DNA from: a virus
Lineage: Duplodnaviria; Caudoviricetes
IMG/VR virus record: IMGVR_UViG_3300046787_000415
Location: 1 to 63,948 of that record
Direction: 5' to 3' (one strand)
DNA: 63,948 bases
This document shows positions 1 through 9,040 of this stretch, piece after piece. How positions within the stretch are numbered: the first letter of the stretch is position 1; every line of letters begins with the position of its first letter. A model generated the notes under the pieces. The model made no database searches and was not told the DNA's origin. It saw nothing but the letters and a program-made list of their open reading frames with translations. The translations under genes and the position numbers were made by a program.

Positions 1-117
1 GTTCTATAGACGTTATTTTATATATGCAACAATTTTTTACCTAAGGCCCTAAGAGAACTCTATACGCGTATTGGAAATAATTGTTAGCAATATAAACTAA
101 GGTCTATTAAACCCTGT

Positions 118-307
118 TTATTATCAGAAATTTCCCCTCCCTTACAAACTTTCTCTGATAATAACTACCTCCTTTTATTATCAACTTTCCCCCCCCTACT
201 CCAAACTTTTCTCGATAATAACTTTCCCCTCTCTTCTTCCTCTTCTTCTATCAATATTGGCGTCTATTATCAAGAAATTCTTCCTCCAACTCCGAAAGTT
301 ATCCACA
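118..307. repeat. AT-rich non-coding region with repeated TTATTATCA...(T)GATAATAA inverted units and a DnaA-box match
   Basis: TTATTATCAGA (118-128) is the perfect reverse complement of TCTGATAATAA (154-164); related units at 175-221 and 265-274 are separated by pyrimidine tracts; TTATCCACA at 299-307. Confidence 0.55.
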
Positions 308-399
308 GGCAAGAAACCTTGCAAATCTTAAAATGCCCCATCTTTCATCCAATAACCACTCCAATAACACCCCCAACACCCTCAGCTACAATAGAAACC

Positions 400-630
400 A
401 TGTCAACAGATAGACTCCCACACGCGTCACTAGTCAACGCCCTTAGGCGTTTAGATTTATGCGCGTACGCAGTTCAGGAGATTCACACAGAGGTTGACGA
501 ACCAGCAGACTCAGAGTCTAAGGCTGACCTTTTAATCGCCACAGAGAAGCTAGTGTCCGAAGTATTCGACCTATACTCAACCGTTAGGCGTTACGTTTGG
601 GGGCCAGACCCAGAAGATGAAGATGACTGA
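400..630 (+). CDS. hypothetical protein
   Basis: ORF 319-630; start moved to ATG 400, which lies 7 nt after a TACAAT -10 box. Confidence 0.6.
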   Translation: MSTDRLPHASLVNALRRLDLCAYAVQEIHTEVDEPADSESKADLLIATEKLVSEVFDLYSTVRRYVWGPDPEDEDD

Positions 631-1219
631 CACCCAGCCCCCTACCCCCATATTCTTACCTAATCTATTCACTCCAGAAGAGTTAGCTGCCATAAATCAT
701 GCTTTAGATACTCTTCCAGATAGGGACGTCTACGCATATAGAGAGCTAGGCAGGGTTCACTTAGAGAATGGCATGTTGCCACCAGAGATAGAACTTAAGC
801 TCAACAAACTAATTAAAGAGCTCTTTCCTAACTTAGAGCTTGAAGTTATGAACCCACCACTTTGCGTTGAATACAGCAATAAGTATGGCGTTCCGAAGTT
901 ACGTCCGCACTATGACGGTGACTTCACAGATTACATCATTGACTTCCAGCTAAGCTCCAGTCCAAATACTAGTTGGCCCCTAGGTGTTGACACTACACTT
1001 CATACCTTAGAAGACAACTCTGCCCTACTATTCCACCCGAATAGGAACGTTCACTGGAGACCACGCAAGACTTTTAAAGACGACGAATATATTCGCGTTA
1101 TGTTTTTTAGGTTCATTCAGCACCCGCACTCAGACTTCTTCCACCTAAGTCAGCTAGACCCAAGCTCACCTATCTTTGACGAAGTCAATGCCTTTAGGGA
1201 TTCTCTAGGAACCCTCTAA
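617..1219 (+). CDS. 2OG-Fe(II) oxygenase superfamily protein
   Basis: HYD...HWR metal-ligand pattern with beta-strand spacing; resembles 27952-28680. Confidence 0.75.
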   Translation: MKMTDTQPPTPIFLPNLFTPEELAAINHALDTLPDRDVYAYRELGRVHLENGMLPPEIELKLNKLIKELFPNLELEVMNPPLCVEYSNKYGVPKLRPHYDGDFTDYIIDFQLSSSPNTSWPLGVDTTLHTLEDNSALLFHPNRNVHWRPRKTFKDDEYIRVMFFRFIQHPHSDFFHLSQLDPSSPIFDEVNAFRDSLGTL

Positions 1220-1225
1220 CGCTTT

Positions 1226-1600
1226 CTAACGTCTACCAGCCCTAGCAGTTGCCTTAGCAATCTGTACAACTTCCTCCAGCACCTCAGACACATACATGTC
1301 CAACTCAGCTTCAGGAATTAGCGACTCATAGTAAATACGGGCGTCCAGTGCAACCCTCTGACGTCTACGATATGCAGCCTGCAGTGTTGAATACTCCGAA
1401 CTATCAAAGAAGGCACGCTCCTCAGCGTTGCAGAATACCCAGCGATATAGTGCCAAAGCCAGCACTACTCCAATAGGGATAGATGCCAGCACCCCCAGTA
1501 CTCCACCAAAGAAGGCTATACAGCCAGCAACTAGCGCACCAATTCCCCAAGACCAATAGGCTTTAGGAGTTGTATAAGCTGCATAAGTTTCATAGTCCAT
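1226..1600 (-). CDS. hypothetical membrane protein
   Basis: two N-terminal hydrophobic segments; own promoter upstream. Confidence 0.7.
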   Translation of the reverse strand: MDYETYAAYTTPKAYWSWGIGALVAGCIAFFGGVLGVLASIPIGVVLALALYRWVFCNAEERAFFDSSEYSTLQAAYRRRQRVALDARIYYESLIPEAELDMYVSEVLEEVVQIAKATARAGRR

Positions 1601-1606
1601 ACTTCA

Positions 1607-1634
1607 ATAGTACAGCACTACGCTTATTTGTCAA
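1607..1634 (-). promoter_or_regulatory. sigma70/SigA-type promoter, leaderless
   Basis: minus strand TTGACA-N16-TACTAT-N6-ATG(1600). Confidence 0.65.
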
Positions 1635-1643
1635 GTATTACTT

Positions 1644-1835
1644 CTACTTAAAGAACCTAGGTGGATAGGCGACCTTTGTAAGAATCTGGCGCTTTGTCTC
1701 TTCCTTCATTCCCATGGCATCTAGATCATTATGTATCTTAGGGATGACCTTCAAAGTCAGCCACAGGACAAAAGAAATAACCCCCACCAGCCAAGAGGCA
1801 GCGAGGGTTATTAGGATCCACTCGAAGTTAGACAT
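1644..1835 (-). CDS. small membrane protein
   Basis: single TM helix; TGT-TAGCAT-N6-ATG upstream. Confidence 0.65.
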   Translation of the reverse strand: MSNFEWILITLAASWLVGVISFVLWLTLKVIPKIHNDLDAMGMKEETKRQILTKVAYPPRFFK

Positions 1836-1879
1836 AGTTCTATGCTAACACAGAGCGGAAATATCTAGGCGTTTCAGTC

Positions 1880-2056
1880 TTATTTGTTGCCCTGACCGAA
1901 CATTCTGTCTACTGTCCAGTCATCAGCGAATGATGCAGCCTTCTTCTGCTGCTTCTTCCACTGCTTGAATGCAATGAAGATTACCAGCCAAAACTCAACG
2001 GTTAGCGTTGCCAATACTCCAGCAAAGAACGCCCACCAACTCCAGTCAATGGTCAC
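1880..2056 (-). CDS. small membrane protein (58 aa, not in ORF track)
   Basis: hand translation (GTG start) MTIDWSWWAFFAGVLATLTVEFWLVIFIAFKQWKKQQKKAASF...; GAGAGG RBS; start overlaps upstream stop. Confidence 0.6.
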   Translation of the reverse strand: MTIDWSWWAFFAGVLATLTVEFWLVIFIAFKQWKKQQKKAASFADDWTVDRMFGQGNK

Positions 2057-2346
2057 TAGAAACTAACCTCTCTTTTGTTTTTTGCATCAATGAAGTCAAT
2101 ATCATTTTCAAAGTCAAACATCTTATTCACTGATAAATGATTGATTCGTGACATAGGGATGTAGACCACCTCATTGTCAGCGTTTGTCTTATAGATAATT
2201 CCGTCTTCCGCAACGTGAAGTATTTCGTCCTTAGTTAAGCCACCGTCATAGGCTCGCTGATCTTCGCCTTCAATATAGATATCTAACACGTGACCCTTTT
2301 CAAGAGTGTCAAGTAGTAGAGCTATTGCTGGAACTGAAGTCGCCAT
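2056..2346 (-). CDS. hypothetical protein
   Basis: AAGGAGAG RBS; co-oriented in operon. Confidence 0.7.
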   Translation of the reverse strand: MATSVPAIALLLDTLEKGHVLDIYIEGEDQRAYDGGLTKDEILHVAEDGIIYKTNADNEVVYIPMSRINHLSVNKMFDFENDIDFIDAKNKREVSF

Positions 2347-2367
2347 GTTCTCTCCTTTTATTCTTTC

Positions 2368-2679
2368 CTAGTACTTCTCTTTGCCTCGGCTAATTTTATA
2401 TCTAGCCAAGCTTACAGGATCCATACTAGCAGAATCTATCTCATAGTCAAGGTATTTAAGAGCTTCCATTGCAGTAGCACCGTTACGCTCATCTAGTTCG
2501 ATGACCATACCCACACCACCAAGTACTTCAAGCAGCTTACGTTCAGAGATGTAGATACCTTCCCACCTCTTAAGCCACTCAGATAGGAACTCGGCTCTAA
2601 TCCTTTGGATATCGCTAGGGGTAGCATAACCTTCAACAGGCTCGAACTCTACTGGAACTTCTAGTTCTTCTTCGCTCAT
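2368..2679 (-). CDS. hypothetical protein
   Basis: start refined to MSEEEL (TATACT -10 box 8 nt upstream). Confidence 0.65.
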   Translation of the reverse strand: MSEEELEVPVEFEPVEGYATPSDIQRIRAEFLSEWLKRWEGIYISERKLLEVLGGVGMVIELDERNGATAMEALKYLDYEIDSASMDPVSLARYKISRGKEKY

Positions 2680-2907
2680 AGTTCTAGAGTATACCCCCAG
2701 AAATAGAAAAGCGGCCCAGGCGGAAAGAAGGGAATGAGTAACCCAAAAGTTCCTGGACCGCCTTTCCGCACACAATAGAAAGGAGTTCACAAAATGGATT
2801 GGAGCACTTAATGAACCATTTACAGTATATACCCAATCACATTCATTTACAAGCATTTCTGGTAAAATAGTTACAGGGAGAGGCCGCCCAGCACACAGGA
2901 GCCTCTA

Positions 2908-3210
2908 GTGTCTAGCACTAAACCAAAGCCTAAAAGCAAAACCAAAAAAGCCAAGCTAACTCTTGACATCTCGTACAGAGTAATAGCTACGTTTATCGCG
3001 TCTGCCCTCAGCGTTATAGGTGCAGGCTCAATCATTGGTATCGACGTCTGGCTATCCGCATCTCTCGGCGGACTATTAGCTGTTGCCAAAGTTGTAGAGA
3101 AGCTTGCTCTAGCTTTCCTTGAAGACGGCAAGATTGACCAAGCGGAAGTTAACGCCATCTTCTCTCAGGTAGTTCGTCTAAAGAACGCTGAAGAGATGGA
3201 GGGCAAGTAG
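2908..3210 (+). CDS. membrane protein, holin candidate; paralog of 42560-42838
   Basis: two hydrophobic segments; shares GSI-G...W...V-E-L--A---DG--D-AE-N--F with 42560-42838; AGGAG RBS. Confidence 0.6.
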   Translation: MSSTKPKPKSKTKKAKLTLDISYRVIATFIASALSVIGAGSIIGIDVWLSASLGGLLAVAKVVEKLALAFLEDGKIDQAEVNAIFSQVVRLKNAEEMEGK

Positions 3211-5105
3211 TGTCCAAAACCAACAAAGCCTTAAGACTATATTTAGCTCTAGCCTTAACATTTGGTTGGACCTTAGCCGTTGGCGCTACTTCAGCATTTG
3301 CCGAAGACCTACCAGCAGAACCAGTTGTAGTTGTAGTTACCACTCCAGGTGGAGATGACTCGTCCTATCAAATTCCATTGACAACCACTGTAACTTTTGA
3401 TGGAGTTCAGTACGGCTCAGTATATGCAACCACCAATTCAGTAATTACATTCGGGCAACCAGATGGGACGTACTGGACTTTCCCCCAGACTCCATCCATT
3501 TCTCTATACTCGATGGACTGGGTTGTATACCCTGACCAGCGTGCAGACGAGCATCTAACAATTTCCGCGTCAGATGGTGGATTTCAAGTAGACATTTCTG
3601 CTAGACCCATCTGGCTACAGAACGCAACAGAGCCTACCAATATAAACATCGTTGCCGCGATTAACGTTGACGGGACAGTTGCCATCTCTTACTCAATTGT
3701 TGGACCAACTTATGAAGGTCAGACCCGCACTGGTGTAACTCTTACCAGCGGTCAGGTAGTAACTCTAGAGGAGTACGGCGTTATTCAGGTCGAGGAGCCT
3801 CCTGTGCTAACGCCAGAACCCGTAGTACCAACACCTGAACCGACGCTAGAGCCAACTCCAGTACCCACAGTTGACCCAACTCCAACCCCAACAGTGGACC
3901 CAACACCCCCAGCGGAGGTAACGCCGACACCAACGCCAGAGCCAACTCCTGAACCTTCACCAGTCCCGACCACAGAGCCAACCCCAGAACCAACAGTAAC
4001 CCCAGACCCAACACCAGAACCAACTCCTTCTACTCCAGCACCGTTTGTGCCTCAGGGTGCAACTCTACTATCTGAAGGATCATCTATTCAAGTAGTTGCC
4101 CCCGAGGGTCAGCGAATTACAAGCATTACTGCTTGGTATGGCGATCCTAATGATGCAACTCGTGGAGTTGATGTATCATCCACACTCACACAGTTAGCAT
4201 CTGGACAGACTTCAGTAACTATCGAGTCATCAAACATTTATGGTGATCCAGCAGGTGGCACAGTAAAGGTGCTTATTTTTGTTGTGAACTATGAGCCACT
4301 GCCAGTACCTACACCTATACCGACACCGACACCGACACCAGAGCCTGTAGCTACTCCCACCCCAGAGCCAGTTATAACTCCAGACCCTACGCCTTCACCA
4401 ACTCCAACTCCTCAGCCAGAGCCAACTCCTTCGCCGAGTGTCGGACCAAGTCCCGAACCAACCATCCCAGTAGAGCCAACACCAGAACCGACTCCCACTC
4501 CAGAGCCAACACCAGAGCCAACACCAGAGCCAACACCAGAGCCAACGGAATCAGAGGAACCAGTACCGCCAGTAGTAGAACCTGAAGAACCTGTTGTTGA
4601 ACCGACACCTGCACCTCTTCCAGAAGAACCTGTAAATGAAATTCCAGAAGAACCTGAAACCGTAGACAAAGTTATCACAGAGGCTAAGAATTTGCCAACT
4701 GAAATCTCTGCTGAAGAACTTCTAGCAGTTGACTTAACCAGCATTATTGCAACTGACTTAACAGAAGCACAGGCGGAGGCTTTAGTTGAAGCCGCCCTAG
4801 AGACATTCGAAACAGCAGAGCCAGGAAGCGCAGCCTACGAGCAAGCACTAGACGCTCTTATGGTTGCAGCTGAACAGGATGACATCGTACTATCACCAGA
4901 ACTTGCAGCAATCCCTGGAGCCCAAGAGCTTGTTGCAGTTCTCAATTTACTTTCCAACGTAGGTGCTGACATGAACCCAACCGTTCGTGCTGAAGCACAG
5001 AAGGCAACAGTAGCTGCCGTCATCGTTGGACAGATTGCGGGAGCAGCTGCATCAGTCGCATCAGCTGGAGCATCAAGTGCATCAACAAGAAGAACCAATA
5101 AGTAA
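3210..5105 (+). CDS. exported Pro/Thr/Glu-rich surface protein with putative SUEL/Gal_Lectin-like domain
   Basis: signal peptide (ends AFA); two long (PTPE)n linkers; WYGDPN...YGDPAGGTVKVL resembles the Gal_Lectin FGDPCPGxxKYL motif; hydrophobic C-terminus followed by basic residues. Confidence 0.7.
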   Translation: MSKTNKALRLYLALALTFGWTLAVGATSAFAEDLPAEPVVVVVTTPGGDDSSYQIPLTTTVTFDGVQYGSVYATTNSVITFGQPDGTYWTFPQTPSISLYSMDWVVYPDQRADEHLTISASDGGFQVDISARPIWLQNATEPTNINIVAAINVDGTVAISYSIVGPTYEGQTRTGVTLTSGQVVTLEEYGVIQVEEPPVLTPEPVVPTPEPTLEPTPVPTVDPTPTPTVDPTPPAEVTPTPTPEPTPEPSPVPTTEPTPEPTVTPDPTPEPTPSTPAPFVPQGATLLSEGSSIQVVAPEGQRITSITAWYGDPNDATRGVDVSSTLTQLASGQTSVTIESSNIYGDPAGGTVKVLIFVVNYEPLPVPTPIPTPTPTPEPVATPTPEPVITPDPTPSPTPTPQPEPTPSPSVGPSPEPTIPVEPTPEPTPTPEPTPEPTPEPTPEPTESEEPVPPVVEPEEPVVEPTPAPLPEEPVNEIPEEPETVDKVITEAKNLPTEISAEELLAVDLTSIIATDLTEAQAEALVEAALETFETAEPGSAAYEQALDALMVAAEQDDIVLSPELAAIPGAQELVAVLNLLSNVGADMNPTVRAEAQKATVAAVIVGQIAGAAASVASAGASSASTRRTNK

Positions 5106-5114
5106 GGAACCCGA

Positions 5115-5315
5115 ATGAAGCATTTCATTAAGGCACTATTTCAGGACCTAGTAGATCAGGCTTGGACCCTATTGGGTCTAGGTACTGCTTGGGTACTCCT
5201 GGAAGGCTCAGCTCGCGAGCTAGTAGGTAATATGATTCTGATCACCCTAAGCTTTTGGGTAATCACCTTCCCTATCTTCCGCTATGAGACGCCAGAAAAA
5301 GAAGACACGAAGTAG
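5115..5315 (+). CDS. small membrane protein
   Basis: two TM segments; AAGGA RBS. Confidence 0.7.
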   Translation: MKHFIKALFQDLVDQAWTLLGLGTAWVLLEGSARELVGNMILITLSFWVITFPIFRYETPEKEDTK

Positions 5316-5337
5316 AAATACTCTGAGGGCCCTCGGC

Positions 5338-5871
5338 TTATTCCTTTATATATTTAAGGTATAGGTCGAGGGTTTCTTTGTCATATGCAACAAGTATTAC
5401 CTCTAGGCCACTACCTTCGTACATTTCCTCAAGTGCTTCGACAGTCCTCATAGAAGCCTCGACTGCAATCTTTGCAGCTCGATCTTTAGGGAATCCATAA
5501 ACACCAGCACTAATAGCAGGGATTGCAATACTCTTAGCACCATTGTAGTGAGCAGCTATGATAGCTCTTTGGTAGCAAGTCTCCAGTGCTAGATACTCAC
5601 CAGAACCACCATGGCCATATTTAGGTCCAACCGTGTGGACAATAAACTTTGCCTTTAGATTGTAGCCATCGGTTATGGCAGTCTTAGCTACATAAAGAGG
5701 AGCGTGCTTAATTGTCTCTAACTTAAGTAGCGGACCTGCAGCACGATGAATCGCACCATCGACTCCGCCACCACCAGCCATGTCCTCGTTTGCTGCATTA
5801 ACAATAGCGTCAACACCGAGCGTAGTGATATCTGTCAATATTGCCGAAACGGCTTTTATCTTAATTGTCAT
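5338..5871 (-). CDS. macro domain protein (ADP-ribose binding/hydrolase, YmdB-like)
   Basis: DAIVNAAN...GGGGVDGAIHRAAG and AISAGVYGFP signatures. Confidence 0.92.
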   Translation of the reverse strand: MTIKIKAVSAILTDITTLGVDAIVNAANEDMAGGGGVDGAIHRAAGPLLKLETIKHAPLYVAKTAITDGYNLKAKFIVHTVGPKYGHGGSGEYLALETCYQRAIIAAHYNGAKSIAIPAISAGVYGFPKDRAAKIAVEASMRTVEALEEMYEGSGLEVILVAYDKETLDLYLKYIKE

Positions 5872-5877
5872 AGATTG

Positions 5878-5906
5878 AATCTAACACAGTCAAGATATTA
5901 TGTCAA
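5878..5906 (-). promoter_or_regulatory. SigA-type promoter, leaderless
   Basis: TTGACA-N17-TAGATT-N6-ATG(5871), with extended TGn. Confidence 0.7.
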
Positions 5907-5910
5907 GTAG

Positions 5911-6753
5911 CTACTTTCTAGCTTTAACTAGAGCTTCTCGCCTGCGCCACTCGGCACCTATACGAGAAGGATCTTCCTTACCGACAATCTTTTTATAGTT
6001 CCACGGTTTTATCTGACTAGCAAAGTGAATCATGATTGCATGCTTATAGTACAGGGGCAAGGACTCAGAGCTGTCAAAGTCAGGGATACCATGAGCATCT
6101 CGCGTAAAGAACAGAAAGTTAAAGGTGAAGGGGATTAGAGTCCAATTAGATCTGATAGTTTCATTTCTATTTAAAAGATCTTCATCAGATCCAAGCGTAG
6201 AATCCCACTCTTCCATAGCGACTCTGAACTCACTCTCAATACCTGAATCTCTCCACCAGTTAAGATCAGCAATCAAAGTTCCAGCATGCAGCCTAGGTAG
6301 TTCACCACGGGACTTCAGGAACATAATCTCGAAGCCAGTCACATCAACAGTTGCCATAAACGGGCTGTACATTTTGTGATCGAGTATTGGTTGAATGTTG
6401 TCTACAATTAAGGCATCCACATCAAAATAGATAACCTTGTCATACTCAGGCAACACAGTGCCTAGGAATAGACGATACCAAGTCATAGAAGGTACCCAAG
6501 AGAATCTCTGCTTAACTGCCCCTGATATCCAGTCGGACAGGTCCTTAGGGTATACAACTTTTATTAGGTGGATACGAGGAGTGACTGACACTAGCTTCGC
6601 TAGCTCATCAAAAGATTCAGACTCATATTCTGGGACTACACAGGTAATGTCAAGCTTCTCACTACCATGGTAGTTCTCCGATAGAGAGTCAATGAATATT
6701 GCCGCCTTCTCTGTATAGTTAGCGTCAAACACTATGGCGATGGCAGTCTTCAT
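5911..6753 (-). CDS. glycosyltransferase family 8
   Basis: YRL, KVIYFDVD (DxD), D-DLLN and HF...KPW motifs. Confidence 0.88.
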   Translation of the reverse strand: MKTAIAIVFDANYTEKAAIFIDSLSENYHGSEKLDITCVVPEYESESFDELAKLVSVTPRIHLIKVVYPKDLSDWISGAVKQRFSWVPSMTWYRLFLGTVLPEYDKVIYFDVDALIVDNIQPILDHKMYSPFMATVDVTGFEIMFLKSRGELPRLHAGTLIADLNWWRDSGIESEFRVAMEEWDSTLGSDEDLLNRNETIRSNWTLIPFTFNFLFFTRDAHGIPDFDSSESLPLYYKHAIMIHFASQIKPWNYKKIVGKEDPSRIGAEWRRREALVKARK

Positions 6754-6770
6754 GATAGGCTTATCCTACC

Positions 6771-7808
6771 ATGTCGAAGCGAATTTTACTAACAGGTGCT
6801 GGTGGATTCATTGGCCATCACACCCTTGAGCACATCCTCAAGACTACCGACTGGGAAGTAGTATGCCTAGAGAGCTTCAGACACAAAGGCATAAGCGCAC
6901 GACTACGTGAAGTACTAGATGCTAATCCATCAGAGCAACACCGTGTCTCTATTCTGACTCACAACATTGTGGCACCGATTGATTCAGTCACAGCTCGCGA
7001 GATCGGTCATGTAGATGTAATCATCAATATGGCATCGGAGTCTCACGTCGATAGAAGTCTAGAAGAACCTAGACACTTCATTGAGAACAACATCATGCTC
7101 GCGACTACCATGCTTGACTACGCACGCACACTCCCAAACTTGGACTTATTCATTCAGATAAGCACTGATGAGGTTTATGGACCAGCGGTCAATGGAACTG
7201 CCCACCCAGAGTACGATGCAATACTCCCATCCAATCCATACTCTGCATCTAAGGCAGCACAGGAAGCAATCGCTATTGCATACTGGAGAAGCTACGACGT
7301 TCCAGTTGTTATCACTAACACGATGAACATTATTGGCGAGCGCCAGGACCCAGAGAAGTTTGTACCTAAGACAATTAAGAAGTTGCTCTCTGGTGAAAAG
7401 ATGCCAGTGCACGGCCAGATGATTGACGGTAAGTGGATCTCTGGAAGTAGATTCTACCTACACGCTCGCAATCAAGCTGATGCACTAACTCACATCATCA
7501 AGCACGCTCCAGAGCACAAGCTCAAGAAGTCGGAAGCAGTCGCGCGTCCACTACGATTCCACGTAGGCGGCGAGCGCGAAGTTTCTAATGACGAGATGGC
7601 AAACCTAATTGCAACATTCATGGGACTAGAAGGCGACTGGGTGGAGTACAACGATGTTGGAAATACCCGCCCTGGTCACGACCTGCGCTATGGATTAGAG
7701 CGCGGATCCCTAGAAGAATGGGGCTGGACTCCAGTAGTGCCATTCGAGGAATCCCTGAAGAACACAGTTAAGTGGACCCTAGATCGTAAGTACTGGTTAG
7801 GCATCTAA
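6771..7808 (+). CDS. rfbB: dTDP-glucose 4,6-dehydratase
   Basis: TGAGGFIG, ASESHVDRS, STDEVYG, PYSASKA, RPGHDLRY. Confidence 0.9.
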   Translation: MSKRILLTGAGGFIGHHTLEHILKTTDWEVVCLESFRHKGISARLREVLDANPSEQHRVSILTHNIVAPIDSVTAREIGHVDVIINMASESHVDRSLEEPRHFIENNIMLATTMLDYARTLPNLDLFIQISTDEVYGPAVNGTAHPEYDAILPSNPYSASKAAQEAIAIAYWRSYDVPVVITNTMNIIGERQDPEKFVPKTIKKLLSGEKMPVHGQMIDGKWISGSRFYLHARNQADALTHIIKHAPEHKLKKSEAVARPLRFHVGGEREVSNDEMANLIATFMGLEGDWVEYNDVGNTRPGHDLRYGLERGSLEEWGWTPVVPFEESLKNTVKWTLDRKYWLGI

Positions 7809-7840
7809 TCACTATCTTCACTCTGCGGTAAAATTGCCGT

Positions 7841-8098
7841 ATGAGAGGACTCTCCAACCTTTTCTGGTACTTGGTGTACTTCTTCCAAGCAGAAACGTCA
7901 GCCCTGCGTAAAGAGGCATTCAACTCTGCAAAGCAGTATTACGCTACACGTCCACTTAGACACAGGAACAATCCATTCCCTAGGACTATCGAGTATCAGC
8001 AGAGACGAGATGACTTCCAGGCATACCAGCGAGCATATATCAATGCCAAGTGCAGCCTGCTAGCTAAAGAAAAACTAGCCCTAAAGTACACCAAGTAA
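7841..8098 (+). CDS. hypothetical protein
   Basis: TGCGG-TAAAAT-N6-ATG leaderless start. Confidence 0.6.
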   Translation: MRGLSNLFWYLVYFFQAETSALRKEAFNSAKQYYATRPLRHRNNPFPRTIEYQQRRDDFQAYQRAYINAKCSLLAKEKLALKYTK

Positions 8099-8131
8099 AA
8101 TTAAACTATTCCATAACTACAAGGATTAAAT

Positions 8132-8980
8132 ATGTCAAAGGCACAGTTCCCAATCGACGGGAAGTTAGGTAAGGACTTCAAGGTCACTTCCTACATGGGT
8201 ATGCGTATCCACCCTGTAACCAAGCAGAAGAAGCACCACAACGGAACTGACATCTGGTCTCCACATGAGCCATGTATCATCGAAGCTCCATTCGACGGTA
8301 AGGTTCTAGAAGCCAAGAAGTCAACCGCTGCAGGTGGTGGCTTCGGTAACTATGTTATCCTTCTACACAAGATCGATGGCAAGTTCTATACAACCCTTTA
8401 TGCTCACATGAAGGATGGCTCTCTTAAGGTTAAGAAGGGCGACAAAGTTACAGCAGGTCAGATGCTCGGAAAGATGGGCACCACTGGTATGTCAACTGGT
8501 AAGCACCTACACTGGGAGCTTCGTCTTGGTAAGGTTCACACCTGGGATGCAAATGGTAAGAACTACATCGAACCAATCGCATTCTTCAAGGCCCTCATTG
8601 CTAAGGAGAAAGCTATCGCTTCAGCTGCAGTTGTTGCAACTGACAACGACCCAGTAGAGGACGCACCAGAGCATGGTGAAGCACAGGCTAATGCGGTAGA
8701 GGCAGCACGTCAGGCAGCTAAGGCTCCAGTAGCAACTGCACCGACAGCAGCCCCGACTGTAGTGACTCCAGTAGTGATTTCTAATCCTGGCTACCCTGGA
8801 CACTATATTCAAAAGGGTGCAACAGGTAATTCAGTAAAATTCATTCAACAGCAGCTTAAGGTTACTGTTGATGGAACCTTCGGCGATAAAACACACGTAG
8901 CAGTCGAAGCACTGCAGAGCAAGCACGGTCTAAAGGTTGACGGTATCGTTGGCCCTAAGACTTGGGCATTCCTAGATTAA
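8132..8980 (+). CDS. endolysin: M23 peptidase with C-terminal peptidoglycan-binding domain
   Basis: HNGTD, YAH and STGKHLHWE M23 motifs; VDGTFG...VDGIVGPKTW PG_binding_1 motif. Confidence 0.92.
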   Translation: MSKAQFPIDGKLGKDFKVTSYMGMRIHPVTKQKKHHNGTDIWSPHEPCIIEAPFDGKVLEAKKSTAAGGGFGNYVILLHKIDGKFYTTLYAHMKDGSLKVKKGDKVTAGQMLGKMGTTGMSTGKHLHWELRLGKVHTWDANGKNYIEPIAFFKALIAKEKAIASAAVVATDNDPVEDAPEHGEAQANAVEAARQAAKAPVATAPTAAPTVVTPVVISNPGYPGHYIQKGATGNSVKFIQQQLKVTVDGTFGDKTHVAVEALQSKHGLKVDGIVGPKTWAFLD

Positions 8981-8998
8981 TCCCGACAAGGTAAAGAG

Positions 8999-9032
8999 AA
9001 ACCCCCTGCTAAACACAGGGGGTTTTCCTTTT
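8999..9032. terminator. intrinsic terminator between convergent genes
   Basis: AAACCCCCTG-7 nt-CAGGGGGTTT hairpin followed by T-rich tract. Confidence 0.8.
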
Positions 9033-9040
9033 CTTGTTTA

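Noticed and set aside
3781-4744. Antisense ORFs with VLAL/GVGS repeats
   Set aside because: They are shadows of the PTPE repeats in 3210-5105
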